Origin: Dehalococcoidia bacterium
GTDB lineage: Bacteria > Chloroflexota > Dehalococcoidia > Lucifugimonadales > JAAXIE01
Assembly: GCA_965263155.1 (NCBI GenBank)
Contig: OZ253586.1
Span: 2,091,002-2,155,001 of the forward strand
DNA: 64,000 nucleotides
Direction of reading: 5' to 3'
The position numbers and the translations under genes were made by a program. A model generated the notes under the pieces. It ran no database searches and was not told where the DNA came from. It was given only the letters and a program-made list of their open reading frames with translations. Of this stretch, positions 1-10,150 are shown piece after piece (the first letter of the stretch is position 1; every line of letters begins with the position of its first letter).

Positions 1-407
1 CGAACCCGCCCCACCTGAGTCAAGGGAATACATGAGGGTAATATGCCTGAAAGCGATACTTTGCTGGCTTATCTGGTATCCAGCTTCCCGGGTGCCGTGG
101 GGTCTTGAGGTCGATCTTTTGTACACGCCAAAATGGCCTAGCCGATAGTCGGGCGTAGCTAAGCCGAACCCAGGAAATCTCTTCACATGAAGGAGCGTTG
201 CGCCCCGCTAGCCAATGCCGTCATCGGTGGTTGAATTGTACCTGTCTGCAATATGCCGTTAGGACCGCTAAGGGAGTACAGTGCGACCGTCGCAGGGGAC
301 AGTGCAGCACAAGGAACTATCTGAGGCCATCAGAGGGTGGGATGCTCAGGTCGGAACCGTAAAGACTCCTCTAATATGATCCCCCCGTAGTTGAGAAGGA
401 ATAGAAC

Positions 408-1058
408 ATGAACAAGAAAAAAGAGATATCCGAAAAATCGTTGGAGCTGAATGTTTGCATGGAGATACTCCAACGCCTCAGGGCTTACCCATCCTTCAGG
501 AAAGCGTCATGGGTCGGCTTGACCCAACGCGAGGAGCGTCAACAAGGATTAGACGCAAAGATTCGGAATACACCTGGTGTCGCCTTGATGCTACAGTTCA
601 AATCGCCTTGGGCAACTTCAAAGGTAGACAAGGCCTATACGTTCAGCATTAACAGAGAACAGCACAAGACCTTGGAGCGGCTTGGGTGTACTGATGCAGT
701 CCATTACGTTTTGCCACTGTACAGCAAGTGGTGGAAATTGGACCGGGATGCGCCAGATATTCTTCAAGATACCTGGCTTGTCCCTGTGAAGTGCATTCCG
801 TCCAGTTACCTCGTACGCGAGTTGACTACAATACAAGTGAAGAAGACGGCGTCCGCTGGAATTAAGGTATCTGGTTATCCTCGTTGGACTCCCACCTGCG
901 ACGCAATTAGAGCCGACGATTACTTCGAAGCAGCAGGACTTCTGTTAGATTTCAGGTCGTTGGGTATAGAACCGTCCGCCTTGAGGAGCTGGATCGATGG
1001 TTGGGAAGGAACGACATTGCGTTTCAGCGGCTTAGGAGTCTTTCACCTGCCCCTCTGA
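408..1058 (+). CDS. hypothetical protein (216 aa)
   Basis: Longest ORF in this stretch. A GAAGGA Shine-Dalgarno-like motif lies about 7 nt upstream of the ATG. It has a weak E..GLD-x14-QFK pattern reminiscent of PD-(D/E)xK nucleases. No family recognised. Confidence 0.45.
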   Translation: MNKKKEISEKSLELNVCMEILQRLRAYPSFRKASWVGLTQREERQQGLDAKIRNTPGVALMLQFKSPWATSKVDKAYTFSINREQHKTLERLGCTDAVHYVLPLYSKWWKLDRDAPDILQDTWLVPVKCIPSSYLVRELTTIQVKKTASAGIKVSGYPRWTPTCDAIRADDYFEAAGLLLDFRSLGIEPSALRSWIDGWEGTTLRFSGLGVFHLPL

Positions 1059-1165
1059 CGTGCCCCATAGATTGGTAGGATTGGCAGACAACGCTTTCGA
1101 CGGAGCGACCATGCGGACTTCGGGAGTTCATCAAGAACTAGCCTCGCGGGAGAATGCTGGCAATC

Positions 1166-1750
1166 TCAAGAGGATGGTTGCCAAAGAACCTCGCCGAACA
1201 CCGTTTCGGGCCAGAGGCCTACTACAGCCTTCTGGGCAAGGAGCCTAGAGGAGCACGTCGCCCCGTTAGCCAAGTAGCCTCTTACCAATGCGACGGCATC
1301 TCCTTCACTATCGTTGGCGGTCATGACCCGCGCCTGTTCGACATCTCGCGGAGTTATAGCCCGCATGAAGAAGTCGCACCACCTTGTCCTATATCCCTTC
1401 CTCTTTGGAATGTCGGGATGTTTTCCAAACCTGTAGAGCCCACTCTCTCGGACACTCCCACGCCGAAAACCTAGCGCCGGGGCATTCGCTGTAGTGAAGA
1501 ATGCAGACATATCGAAGTCCTTGACGCCGGTCGTACCGTCAATGTAGTGGAGTGCTGCGCCTTGGCACAGTGCAATACACACAAGTCGTTCCCGAAAGCC
1601 ATTGAGATTCCTATTGCGACCGAGTCGATACTCCAAGCACGCCCATGCGATGTCGCACAGATGGCGGAGGTCGCTCTCGGTGATAAGAGCGACGGAACGC
1701 TCAGACTCCACAGTCTGCGTTGAATCGAGGACGCACCCTTCCGTTGACAT
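1166..1750 (-). CDS. hypothetical protein, possibly Pol-beta-type nucleotidyltransferase fold
   Basis: 194-aa ORF convergent with 408..1058. The motif DGTTGVKDFDM resembles the G-x-x-G..D-x-D signature of minimal nucleotidyltransferases. The assignment is weak. Confidence 0.4.
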   Translation of the reverse strand: MSTEGCVLDSTQTVESERSVALITESDLRHLCDIAWACLEYRLGRNRNLNGFRERLVCIALCQGAALHYIDGTTGVKDFDMSAFFTTANAPALGFRRGSVRESGLYRFGKHPDIPKRKGYRTRWCDFFMRAITPRDVEQARVMTANDSEGDAVALVRGYLANGATCSSRLLAQKAVVGLWPETVFGEVLWQPSS

Positions 1751-2082
1751 GATCGGGGTCCCCTAGTCCTAACCGCCGTTCGCGCGACCCTAGTTTGTTT
1801 CCTATTGTAACAGGACCTCTGCACTCATCGACCACACTTGCCGATAAACGTTCCGGACAACGCCAAACCCTCGGCCCACGTCCTACACCTGTCGGCGCAC
1901 TGCTCCAGATAGTCTTCAAGGTACTCGTCGTCCCTCATTTCCCGAAGTCACGACGTCGATGGTCTCGCAGAAACCGTAGGCGGATGCGCTTGAGTTCGTC
2001 GTGGGGGTAGTTCTCTTCTGCCCATTGTCGCCGTTCCTCACGCTCGGCTTGGCTTCTCCCTTACTTAGGTGGCACCAGAAGG

Positions 2083-2245
2083 TCATGGCCTCGGCATTCG
2101 ATATCCTGCGTTAGCCACGGTCAAGATGTACTGCGGGTCTCCTGCGTCATCCCCCAGCTTCCGCTGCACCTTCTTCACCATGGACCCACCAACTGCGTAT
2201 CCCGCTGTAGCCGTCTCCCCACACACGTTGCAAAATCAAGAACCT
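2083..2245 (-). pseudogene. remnant of an OmpR/PhoB-type winged-helix (Trans_reg_C) C-terminus
   Basis: The minus-strand frame reads RFLILQRVCGETATAGYAVGGSMVKKVQRKLGDDAGDPQYILTVANAGYRMPRP*. This matches the ..LL..VWG....v.v.v.rLRrKLgdd...P.yI.TV.g.GYr consensus. A stop codon immediately precedes it and there is no receiver domain. Confidence 0.4.
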
Positions 2246-2957
2246 TCACGCTGAAGCTGCTCTTGGAGCTGTGACCTCTACGCATGCCGAGATAGTCCTA
2301 TAGCCGGACTACCTTGCCACGCCTCCGTGCCCGCCTTCGTCGAGCGTATGAATGGGCGCTGACCCCGCAACGGCAAACCACCGTCCCAAGAAGCACGATA
2401 AGAACAATCAGCCACCATGCCACACCTTCTCCCTCAGACACGTCTCCAGACGCAGGCTGCAGCGCCTCTGACCCTCGGGAGGCGTCATCGGCTGTAGAAA
2501 GTTGTCGTGGCAACCGGCTCAGCATTGGATGGCCCTACGGCAGTTGGTGCTAGCAGACCCGGTGGCGTTGAAGTTGGAGCACTTGCGGGCAATGCAGCAG
2601 GCGAGCCGATCGGAGCGGAGGCAGGGTCCGGTGAGGGCAGCCGGAGGGTAGAACGTGGAGAACACACGCGGGTCGAGGTTGTCGCTGGCGTAGGAGTCGA
2701 GGTACGCATAGCAACCGGAGTAGGAGTAGGCTCAGGGGTAGGCGTAGTTGCCACCCCCGGCTCTGGGCCGGGAATCGGAGTTGGAGTGGGTGCACTTGTC
2801 GGAGTTGGAGAAGGCGTAGTGGGAGCTGGTGTGGGGCCAGGCGTTGGCATCGAGGTGGTGGATGTAGGGGACCACCGAGGCTGAGGTGAACAACAACGTG
2901 GAGATCGACATTGCTCCGACCCAATCGGATAGCTACTGGCCTTAGGGAAACTTGGAA

Positions 2958-3062
2958 CTACGCAGCCTTTCCGATTCGGAACAGTTTTGTGGAGCAGACC
3001 GGGCATACACCCTGCGTGGCCGGGCGGCCATTCTTCATCGTGATGGCCTGGGGATTACTCAT
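2958..3062 (-). CDS. small zinc-ribbon protein, DUF5679-like (possibly degenerate)
   Basis: Not in the ORF track because it is under 60 aa. It reads MSNPQAITMKNGRPATQGVCPVCSTKLFRIGKAA*. The in-frame upstream sequence AYLFKCRSKRE looks like the first CxxC with its first Cys lost. I recognise the family consensus (..CxxC..mkNGr.a..G.CPvCGTk..RIgK) from memory only. Confidence 0.3.
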   Translation of the reverse strand: MSNPQAITMKNGRPATQGVCPVCSTKLFRIGKAA

Positions 3063-3698
3063 TTCCCTCTTGGACCGACATTTAAAACAATACGCTTCTA
3101 TGGGATGCCTCCAAATCGATGGTTACCATTTGGCTATCCTACAACATAAGAGGCGTGAGCCAGCGATTCCTCCTCAAGGGCCTCGAGGACGATACCCAAG
3201 AAGAGAAGACACCGGTTTGTGGTCCTCCGGCAGGTCTCCGATGCCCACATCTTCTCCTTCAACCGGCCTGGCTCGCGAACTACGACGACAACGACGGAAC
3301 GCTAGCCAGCTTCCCGGATGCGCCTCGCGAGTGAGCGGGGAAGTCCCAACACAATCCCCTATGCCACTCCGTCCAGGATGGTATGGAGAGATTCTATTTA
3401 GCTGACTCGCGCTGTCAAATAAAGTTACTACAGGATTGCCCGCTCGTGGTTGGCCCAAGATAACCGCAAGGCGCGACTACCAGGGGACGGCCCATACTCG
3501 TGAGGTGTTTCTCCAAACCACTCGCGACCTGCTCCCAGCCCGTACATGTTGCTCGGGATAATAGGCAACGTTCGCCGTTTCGCTATTGCATTGAGCTTCG
3601 TCCTAGACTCGTAGTCGGACCTAGTTGTGCCGTATCATGCGAAGGCCTCACTACCTGGTGTCAGACGGTAGGAGCCCAGATCGGAGGATTAGTGCTGT

Positions 3699-4169
3699 AT
3701 GCCGAACGATAGCTGTGAACAGGTTGACCTCATTCTCGCCGGCTGCGTCAAGAGCAAGCGCCATCGCGCTGGTCCTGCGCAGGACATCTACACATCAACC
3801 CTCTGGCGGCATCGGAGGGAGTATGCGGAATCGCATGGCTGTCCCTGGTACATTCTCAGCGCCAAGCACGGACTCCTAGCTCCCGATACTTGGATCGAGC
3901 CATATGATCTGGCGTTAGCCGGTCTCTCTGCCGCTGAACGTCGCGAGTGGTCTCTAGGAGTCTTGGATGACCTTGCTACACAGATGCAAACACTGGATGG
4001 AAAGATCATTGAGATTCACGCGGGCAAACCTTACGTGGAATTCGGCTTGGAAAACGGTCTTCGCGACGCCGGTGCAGTCATTCGCCGTCCGCTAGAACAT
4101 GTGGCAGGCCCAGGCCGTCAATTCACCTGGTATAGAGAACATATGGCTTCGTGTCCTTATGGAAGGTGA
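3699..4169 (+). CDS. DUF6884-like protein
   Basis: 156 aa. The pattern LAGCVKSKR...PAQDIYTSTLW...WYILSAKHGLLAPDTWIEPYDLAL matches the DUF6884 consensus as I remember it (C.s.K....a.dlY.S.lf......w.ILSAkhGLl.pd..i.PYD.tL). Confidence 0.55.
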   Translation: MPNDSCEQVDLILAGCVKSKRHRAGPAQDIYTSTLWRHRREYAESHGCPWYILSAKHGLLAPDTWIEPYDLALAGLSAAERREWSLGVLDDLATQMQTLDGKIIEIHAGKPYVEFGLENGLRDAGAVIRRPLEHVAGPGRQFTWYREHMASCPYGR

Positions 4170-5079
4170 GGGCATACAAGATGCGGGTAATGGCCACGTG
4201 GCCGGCGTGGCCGCGGCGATCGCCAGCGACTTCTATAATGACCGGTTAGACCTGTCCGCCAGGGGTGTGGCGCCGGGCAGCACATGGTCGCGAATGCCGG
4301 AGGTTGAATGCGTAATGCGCCTGCGCAATTCAGGTGCCTCTCACCGTACCGTACGCCTGTTCCTGACATTCGTGGCAGCCATGGACCGCGCCCGTGACGC
4401 CACGCGTCTTTGGAATAACGGACTCAGGCTCATTCAATCCTGTCCGGAGGTCTTTGAACCCGCTGAGGTTTCAGCGATCCCTATCTCCACGTTGCGCGCA
4501 AGTCTGTCCCAATATGGAGTGAGCCAACGTCATGGCCCCGACTCCTCCGCTTGGCACATCATTGCCCGTAGCCTCTCGGTAGGAGGAAACCCTGTAAGCA
4601 GGGTAGTGGATTCCGGCGTTGGGAACGCTGGAGAGTTGCTCAGCTACCTGCGTACCAGTTGCATGGGGCAATACCGGTTTCCCTTGCTCAGGGGTCCGAA
4701 GATTGGGCCAATGTGGGTTCGTATGCTTGTCGCTCCAGGAGGGGCGACTGTAGACGACATAGGCATCATCCCGGTCGCGGTGGATGTGCATGTTCGCCGT
4801 GTTACGCGAAACCTCGGAGTGGTGGACACTCTGGCCATGGCAGAAGGAGAAGCCAGACAAGTGATTCAGGACACGTGGCGCGCAGGCGTGGCCGGAACGA
4901 GAGTAGGTGGTCCGCCCGGAGTGAGCGACACCTGCGCGGCGCTTGACCCGGCCCTTTGGTTTTTCGGGAAGTTCGGGTGCAGTCATTGTGAGAACGCGCG
5001 CCTCCCGGTACCCATCGGTCGTGCGTGCAACCACTGTCAGCTTCGCAATTCAGTCTGTGCACGCCCAAATCGTGTGTAG
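4099..5079 (+). CDS. HhH-GPD / endonuclease III-like fold protein with a C-terminal Cys cluster
   Basis: PLLRGPKIGPMWVRMLV...IPVAVDVHVRRVTRNLGV resembles the hairpin-helix-hairpin region of EndoIII/MutY (vDtHv.Rv..RLGl). The C-terminus carries CSHC...CNHC. The likely real start is ATG 4159 (MEGEG), which overlaps the stop of the upstream gene. Confidence 0.5.
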   Translation: MWQAQAVNSPGIENIWLRVLMEGEGIQDAGNGHVAGVAAAIASDFYNDRLDLSARGVAPGSTWSRMPEVECVMRLRNSGASHRTVRLFLTFVAAMDRARDATRLWNNGLRLIQSCPEVFEPAEVSAIPISTLRASLSQYGVSQRHGPDSSAWHIIARSLSVGGNPVSRVVDSGVGNAGELLSYLRTSCMGQYRFPLLRGPKIGPMWVRMLVAPGGATVDDIGIIPVAVDVHVRRVTRNLGVVDTLAMAEGEARQVIQDTWRAGVAGTRVGGPPGVSDTCAALDPALWFFGKFGCSHCENARLPVPIGRACNHCQLRNSVCARPNRV

Positions 5080-6674
5080 CCTTGCTTCGCTAGCTCATCA
5101 GTTTACGCTCGATGCCATCCTGAGGGTTTCCGTCTAGGACTTTGTACTCGTGCCTCGCTATCTCTTCCCTTTCTGCCATCCTTCGATCTAATCGTCTCGC
5201 TAGCTTCAACACCAACGTGTCTTACGGACGCACTAAGCCTCATACGGTTGTCATGGGGCGAGAAACTGCCACGGCTTGACCATGCTGGGCTTTGTGCCCG
5301 AGTCAGATCGGGGCCACCGCACTGGACAAAATCAAGAACCTTTACTCTGACGCTCGTCCTGGACTTGTAGGCTGAGGCTGCCTCTCATCCCGTCTGTCTA
5401 GAGCCCGCTGCGAGGGGTGAGTGTAAGCTTCGACCTCACTCCCATTTCAGGCGTCTCCCACCCCAGCATCCTGTAGCCGACGAGGGGCTCGGCGAATACG
5501 TACTTCTGGTTGCTCCCGTCCTCGCTCACGATGGTGCGCAAGGGGTGGCAGGGTTGAGGCTAAGGCCCAGAAGGTCCCTCAGCAGCCGCGCGTCCCCGCC
5601 GGGGAATACCGCGTGTACACTGGCATACCCATCAGACGTTCACGAATTCGTCAAGAATCTTGCTCTTACTACCGGAACCGGAAGGAACAGACTCTCGACG
5701 ACAACTACTGGCATGGACCGTACACAACGGTAACGGAGGCAACTAAAGCCAGCCAGTCCGACCCGGATACCCGCTGGGACGCGCATCCCGGCGGACATTG
5801 TCGACCACCCGATGAGGGCACCGCCGAAGCGGGCTTCTCTACCTATGGGCTGATGTGACTACACCGGGAGGCCTACGCTTCTGTCCCCCTCGCCTTCCCT
5901 TCAGCGAATATCATCACCCTACCACAATCTTGCCTCAAAGCTCTCCGTCTCATACCACTGGTCCCACATCCTGCGATGTTATGACTTTGGCCTAGGGAGG
6001 CGTATGCGTCATCAGCACGACGGCCTCATCCTTTGCTTCGACAGCGATGACGGGGACTCCGTGTTGCTGTCTTGGTGCATAACCAACACCTCGGCAGTTT
6101 CATCCCGTGCTTGCAGTTCCTTGAGTAGGTCGCCGACTCTCATTCCGCAAGCAGACTCCTCACTCTCGCTGCAGTTCCCTCACGGCGTCCAACAGTGCCG
6201 ACGCTAATTCCAACGCCTGCTCACTAGTAAGGGTGACTTGGTAACGCCGATCCTCCGCCGCCCTAAGTCCTAGCCTAGTGCGAGTAACCCTGTTGTCGTC
6301 GGCGGTGGTTACGATGTCGATAGGCACTCCAGTCGTTGTTGCGATGGTTCTCATATCGCCTCCTCAACCAACGTCCATCAGGACCTAGCACGGTTCGCGC
6401 AATGTGACAAAAGTGGGGGGTTCTGCATCAGGAACGCCCCTTGATGCAAGAACCCTCGGCGGAATGGGCGTTTTTCGGGAAAGCCGGTGACCGCCGTGGG
6501 AGAAAGGGTTTTGGGGTGAGTACCGATACAAGGGTTCAGACCCCACTGCTCAACCACTTTCCAACGTGACGACTAGCATCACACATTAGCCATCGTCTCG
6601 GCCTGTGGCTTCGGGTGAATCTGACCGGATGTCCCAGCCACGAGGGTCGACTGCTGCCAACAACTGAGCTAGGG

Positions 6675-8534
6675 TCAGCGGGCTGCTATCACCAAGTCAG
6701 AATCCTGTCCCCAGCAGACCACTGAGCCGCTCTCCCTCACCCCGCAGGCGCGGTCGCTACCACCCGCGTCTATCGAAACAAACTTACCCTCGGGTGGCGT
6801 GGCTTGGCCGGTGAAGTTGCCATCGTAGTCCATGTTGGAACCCCAACAGGACACGGAGCCGTTTTCCTTCAATCCGCAGGTATGATCACGCCCGACGCTG
6901 ACAAAGGTAAACTTTCCTTCTGATGGCGTGGATTGGCCATGATCATTTTTTCCCCAGCAGGCAACGGCGCCGTCTACCAGCACACCGCAGGTGTGCCTTA
7001 GCCCGGCGTTTACTGTGGCAAACTTACCTTCCGGCGGAGTCGCTTGGCCAGTTATGCTGCCATCGAAGTCACTGTTTGAACCCCAGCAGGCCACAGAGCC
7101 GTCCAGCTTCACGCCGCAGGTGTAGAAGAACCCGGCACTGACCGAGGTGAACTTCCCTTCTGGCGGGATCGCTTGGCCGACAATGTTATCGTCATAGTCT
7201 TTGTTGGAACCCCAGCAAGCCACCTCTCTGTCCTCTCTTACGCCGCATGTGTGATTACCACCGGCGCTGACAGAGGTAAACTTCCCTGGCGGTGGCGTCG
7301 CTTGGCCAAAGTAATCGGAACCCCAGCAGGTTACGGAGCCGTCCATCCTCACCCCGCAGGTGTGACTCCCCGTGCTAACGGAGGCTAACTTCTCTATTGG
7401 TGGCGTGATTCGTGGGAACGACCTGTCTGCCCCACAAGCTAGGGAGCCGTCTTCTCGGATCCCGCAAATGCGGCTGGAACTGACGTTGACCGACGCGAAC
7501 GGTCCTTCCGGTCGCATCAGTTGGCCATAGGAGTCATCCCCCCAGCAGACGACGTTCCCGTCCTCCCTAACCCCACAGACGTGAGACTCTCCAGCGCTGA
7601 CCGAGATGAACCTCCCTGGCGGCGCCGTTGCTTGGCCAGAGAAATCGCTTCCCCAGCAGGCCGCGGAGCCATCTTGCCTTATCCCGCAGGTGTACCTGTC
7701 CTCTGCGCTTAGTGAATCAAACTTCCCTTCCGGTGCGTTCGATTGACCTTCGTCGTTTGCTCCCCAGCATTCCACGGAGCCATCCAGCCTGATCCCGCAG
7801 GTGTGATCGCCTCCCGCGCTAACCGAGTCAAACTTCCCTTCCGGCGGGTTCGCTTCGCCATCATCATTACCTCCCCAGCAGGCTACGGAGGCATCCTCCT
7901 TTATCCCGCAGGTGTGGTCGAATCCGCCACTGACCGAACGAAATATCCCTTCAGGTTTCGCGATACTGGCGAACACGTACCTTCCCCGACAGACTACAAG
8001 GCCGTTTTGCTTCACCCCGCAGGTGTGGCTTCCTCCAGCACTGACCGTGTTAAACCTCCCGTCGGGTTGTAGTGCTTGGCCAACCCTGTTGCCCCAAGGA
8101 TCATCGTTGGAACCCCAGCAGGCTACGTAGCCCGATTCTCTGACCGCGCAGGTATGACTAAGTCCAGCACTGATCGCGGTAAACTTTCCCTTGACTGGCG
8201 TCGATTGCCCATGCTCGTCATTTCCCCAGCAAACGGCAGTCGCATCCTCCCTTATTCCACAGGTGTGATGGCCTCCCGCACTGATGGCGACGAAAGTCGT
8301 ACCGGGGCCGAGTCCTTCGTCATCGCTGGTGTTGTCATCGCCATCGTTGGTCACGATGGGCCTGGGACCTCCATCTGTCGCCTCCGCTGTGGCTGAGGGG
8401 AAGGGAATCTGACCATAGCCTTCATCGCCTGAGCACCCAGTCAAACCAACTAATGGCGCGAAGAGCGAAACAGAGAGTACAAATGCGGCTATCTGCAGCG
8501 CAGATGTCCGTCTACGTCGAGAGGCGTTGAACAA
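6675..8534 (-). CDS. RCC1-repeat (beta-propeller) lipoprotein
   Basis: 619 aa. It has a signal peptide plus lipobox (LVGLTGC). There are at least 10 copies of the unit SAGxxHTCG(V/I)xxDGSxxCWGxNxxGQxxPPxGKF, which is typical of RCC1/BLIP-II repeats. Confidence 0.85.
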   Translation of the reverse strand: MFNASRRRRTSALQIAAFVLSVSLFAPLVGLTGCSGDEGYGQIPFPSATAEATDGGPRPIVTNDGDDNTSDDEGLGPGTTFVAISAGGHHTCGIREDATAVCWGNDEHGQSTPVKGKFTAISAGLSHTCAVRESGYVACWGSNDDPWGNRVGQALQPDGRFNTVSAGGSHTCGVKQNGLVVCRGRYVFASIAKPEGIFRSVSGGFDHTCGIKEDASVACWGGNDDGEANPPEGKFDSVSAGGDHTCGIRLDGSVECWGANDEGQSNAPEGKFDSLSAEDRYTCGIRQDGSAACWGSDFSGQATAPPGRFISVSAGESHVCGVREDGNVVCWGDDSYGQLMRPEGPFASVNVSSSRICGIREDGSLACGADRSFPRITPPIEKLASVSTGSHTCGVRMDGSVTCWGSDYFGQATPPPGKFTSVSAGGNHTCGVREDREVACWGSNKDYDDNIVGQAIPPEGKFTSVSAGFFYTCGVKLDGSVACWGSNSDFDGSITGQATPPEGKFATVNAGLRHTCGVLVDGAVACWGKNDHGQSTPSEGKFTFVSVGRDHTCGLKENGSVSCWGSNMDYDGNFTGQATPPEGKFVSIDAGGSDRACGVRESGSVVCWGQDSDLVIAAR

Positions 8535-9398
8535 TTTTCCCTCCCGGCTTGAGACCGGTGTTTCCGGTGTGCGTCCAGCAACATAGTATCAGCCGCCCGA
8601 AAGACATCGGGCTAGGTCGCAAAGAATATGGTGAGGAGTCGGGCGGGACTTCCATCGGCGCTCGTGGTTGCGGAGTTGGAGCCAGAGACCCAGTAGCGTG
8701 TCTGCGGGGCACTCCTCTTCTGCTTTTTCTGGAGCATGGCAAAATCGTACCACATATATATTTCCCTTCCATGCGGGTGGCGCTATTATTTCGAAAGACA
8801 GGTTCTTGGACCATGCTTCATATAGGGACGGCTCTAGTCCAAGCCGTCCCCACGAAGTGCTGGGTGGCACAAGGTGGGCTCGCAACGGCCCGGGCCGATG
8901 GGTTAGACCAATAGGCATGGGGACAGGCAAATCCGGGGTAATGTGGTCACGCGCGGACCAGGCAAACAGGTCGGAGCGCTCCGCCTCCTTACTTCAAACT
9001 GGCAGCAGCAATCGGCAGGCCCCGTTGGGTTCCCTGACCTGATGGCAGCCCCGTCATTGGACAAGATTCCCTTCAGAACCGCGCCTGACGGTCAAATGAG
9101 GGCTGTTGGAGCCTCAAGGCGGTGGCGTGTTTGGGGCGAGCCAATTTGGGCCACGGTGTGGGTCCGTAGCCCGCCTCTTGTTCTTCCGAATCTCCCAAAG
9201 CTGTCCAACTGAAGTAGTCTACTGTTCATCAGAGTCAAAGCGCACCCCACCATCTTGCACGATAGACAGAACCATCTTCGAGATGTGGTTGGGCAGCCTG
9301 TGAACCCACCAAGCCCCGAGACTCGGCGATTGTGATGCCTTAGCCCGGATCACGCGAGGATCCGTGGCAGTCGTCCACCAACGCCAAGGCATTCACTC

Positions 9399-9422
9399 CC
9401 TCATCGGCTTTCGCCGATGAGG
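9399..9422 (-). terminator. stable hairpin downstream of the FAH remnant
   Basis: Perfect 10-bp stem CCTCATCGGC / GCCGATGAGG with a TTTC loop. No clear U-tract follows, so terminator function is uncertain. Confidence 0.3.
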
Positions 9423-9454
9423 AGCGGGGTCATTCGACACTCCCCGAACCTCTG

Positions 9455-10015
9455 CTATCCGGCTGGCAGGGGTCGGGCCCGGCGGCCGGGTCCGCCGGCG
9501 CCCTCGCGCACGTCTTTGGCCGTCGCCTCGTCGACGCCCTTGGGCCAACGGCGCTTGAGGGGGTCGCTAACCGTGAAGGTGAATCTGCCCACACCCTCGA
9601 CGCCAATCTCAATGGTGTCGCCGTCCTGCATCGCGCCGAGGCCCTGGTGGTTGGTGCCCATGAAGAGCACGTCGCCGGGGCTGATCTCCTCGATAGCCGC
9701 CACGTACTCGATCGATTCGGCGATAGAGTGGGCGAGGTCGTCGGTGTTGTAGTTAACGCGCAGCTCGCCGTCGACGCTCAAGGTGACCTGCAACTTCTCC
9801 GGGTCCGCGATTTCGTCCTTGGTCACAATGCAGGGACCAAGGGGACAGAAGGTGGGGTGCGATTTGTGCTCCGCGACGGGCAGCGTGTCTGGCGCCCGGC
9901 CGCCGCCGGTTGCCGGCATTCGCGCCGAGACATCCACACCCGCCGTGTAGCCGAAGACGTAGTCCATGGCCTCCGACGCCGGGATGTCCTTGCCGCCCTT
10001 GCTGAAGACCAACAC
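9455..10015 (-). pseudogene. fumarylacetoacetate hydrolase (FAH) family protein, 5'-truncated
   Basis: It contains LVFSKGGKDIP..DYVFGYTAGVDVSAR...GPCIVTKDEI...SPGDVLFMGT, which is the C-terminal two-thirds of an FAH domain. The reading frame is cut at 10016/10017 by the end of an IS5-like fragment. Confidence 0.8.
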
Positions 10016-10017
10016 TA

Positions 10018-10150
10018 GCAGGCTGAGGAAGAATGGGGTTGTCGGTTTGACGTGGTGGGCTGAGTGGGCAGTGACGGCGTTCTCGCGAGATCGAAGACGG
10101 ACTTGGGGCCCCGGCGGACGCTTCAGGAGCTGGTCTACAGGGGGGCTGGG
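10018..10150 (-). mobile_element. IS5/IS1182-like terminal fragment (IRR end only)
   Basis: About 130 bp here align with 19049-19180 of the intact copy (GCAGGCTGAGGAAGAATGGGGTTGTCGGTTTGACG...). The fragment is preceded by TA. Confidence 0.7.

Noticed and set aside
1-407. 400-nt ORF-free leader that might be a structured RNA (checked against RNase P, SRP, tmRNA and group II intron domain V consensus motifs from memory)
   Set aside because: None of the diagnostic conserved motifs is present. The window edge also prevents assessment. An Rfam/Infernal scan would be needed.
2485-3006. Mutually overlapping PT-rich, G-rich and R/L-rich ORFs (2485..3006 -, 2507..2884 +, 2550..2924 -)
   Set aside because: This is low-complexity DNA that is open in several frames. 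The minus-strand PT-rich frame followed by a TM + RRRR tail (2298..2525) could be the 3' end of a surface protein. However, there is no credible N-terminus and a frameshift is needed, so I made no call.
6530-6590. tRNA-like 3' end (AAGGGTTCAGACCCCACTGCTCAACCA)
   Set aside because: The T-stem is only 3 bp and no complementary 5' acceptor strand lies within 100 nt. It does not fold as a tRNA.
6923-8396. A series of 60-110-aa plus-strand ORFs inside the RCC1 gene (6923..7141, 7173..7388, 7521..7712, 7743..8072, 8076..8396)
   Set aside because: They are antisense shadows of a repetitive, GC-rich gene. They repeat with the same period as the RCC1 units and have no motifs or start context.
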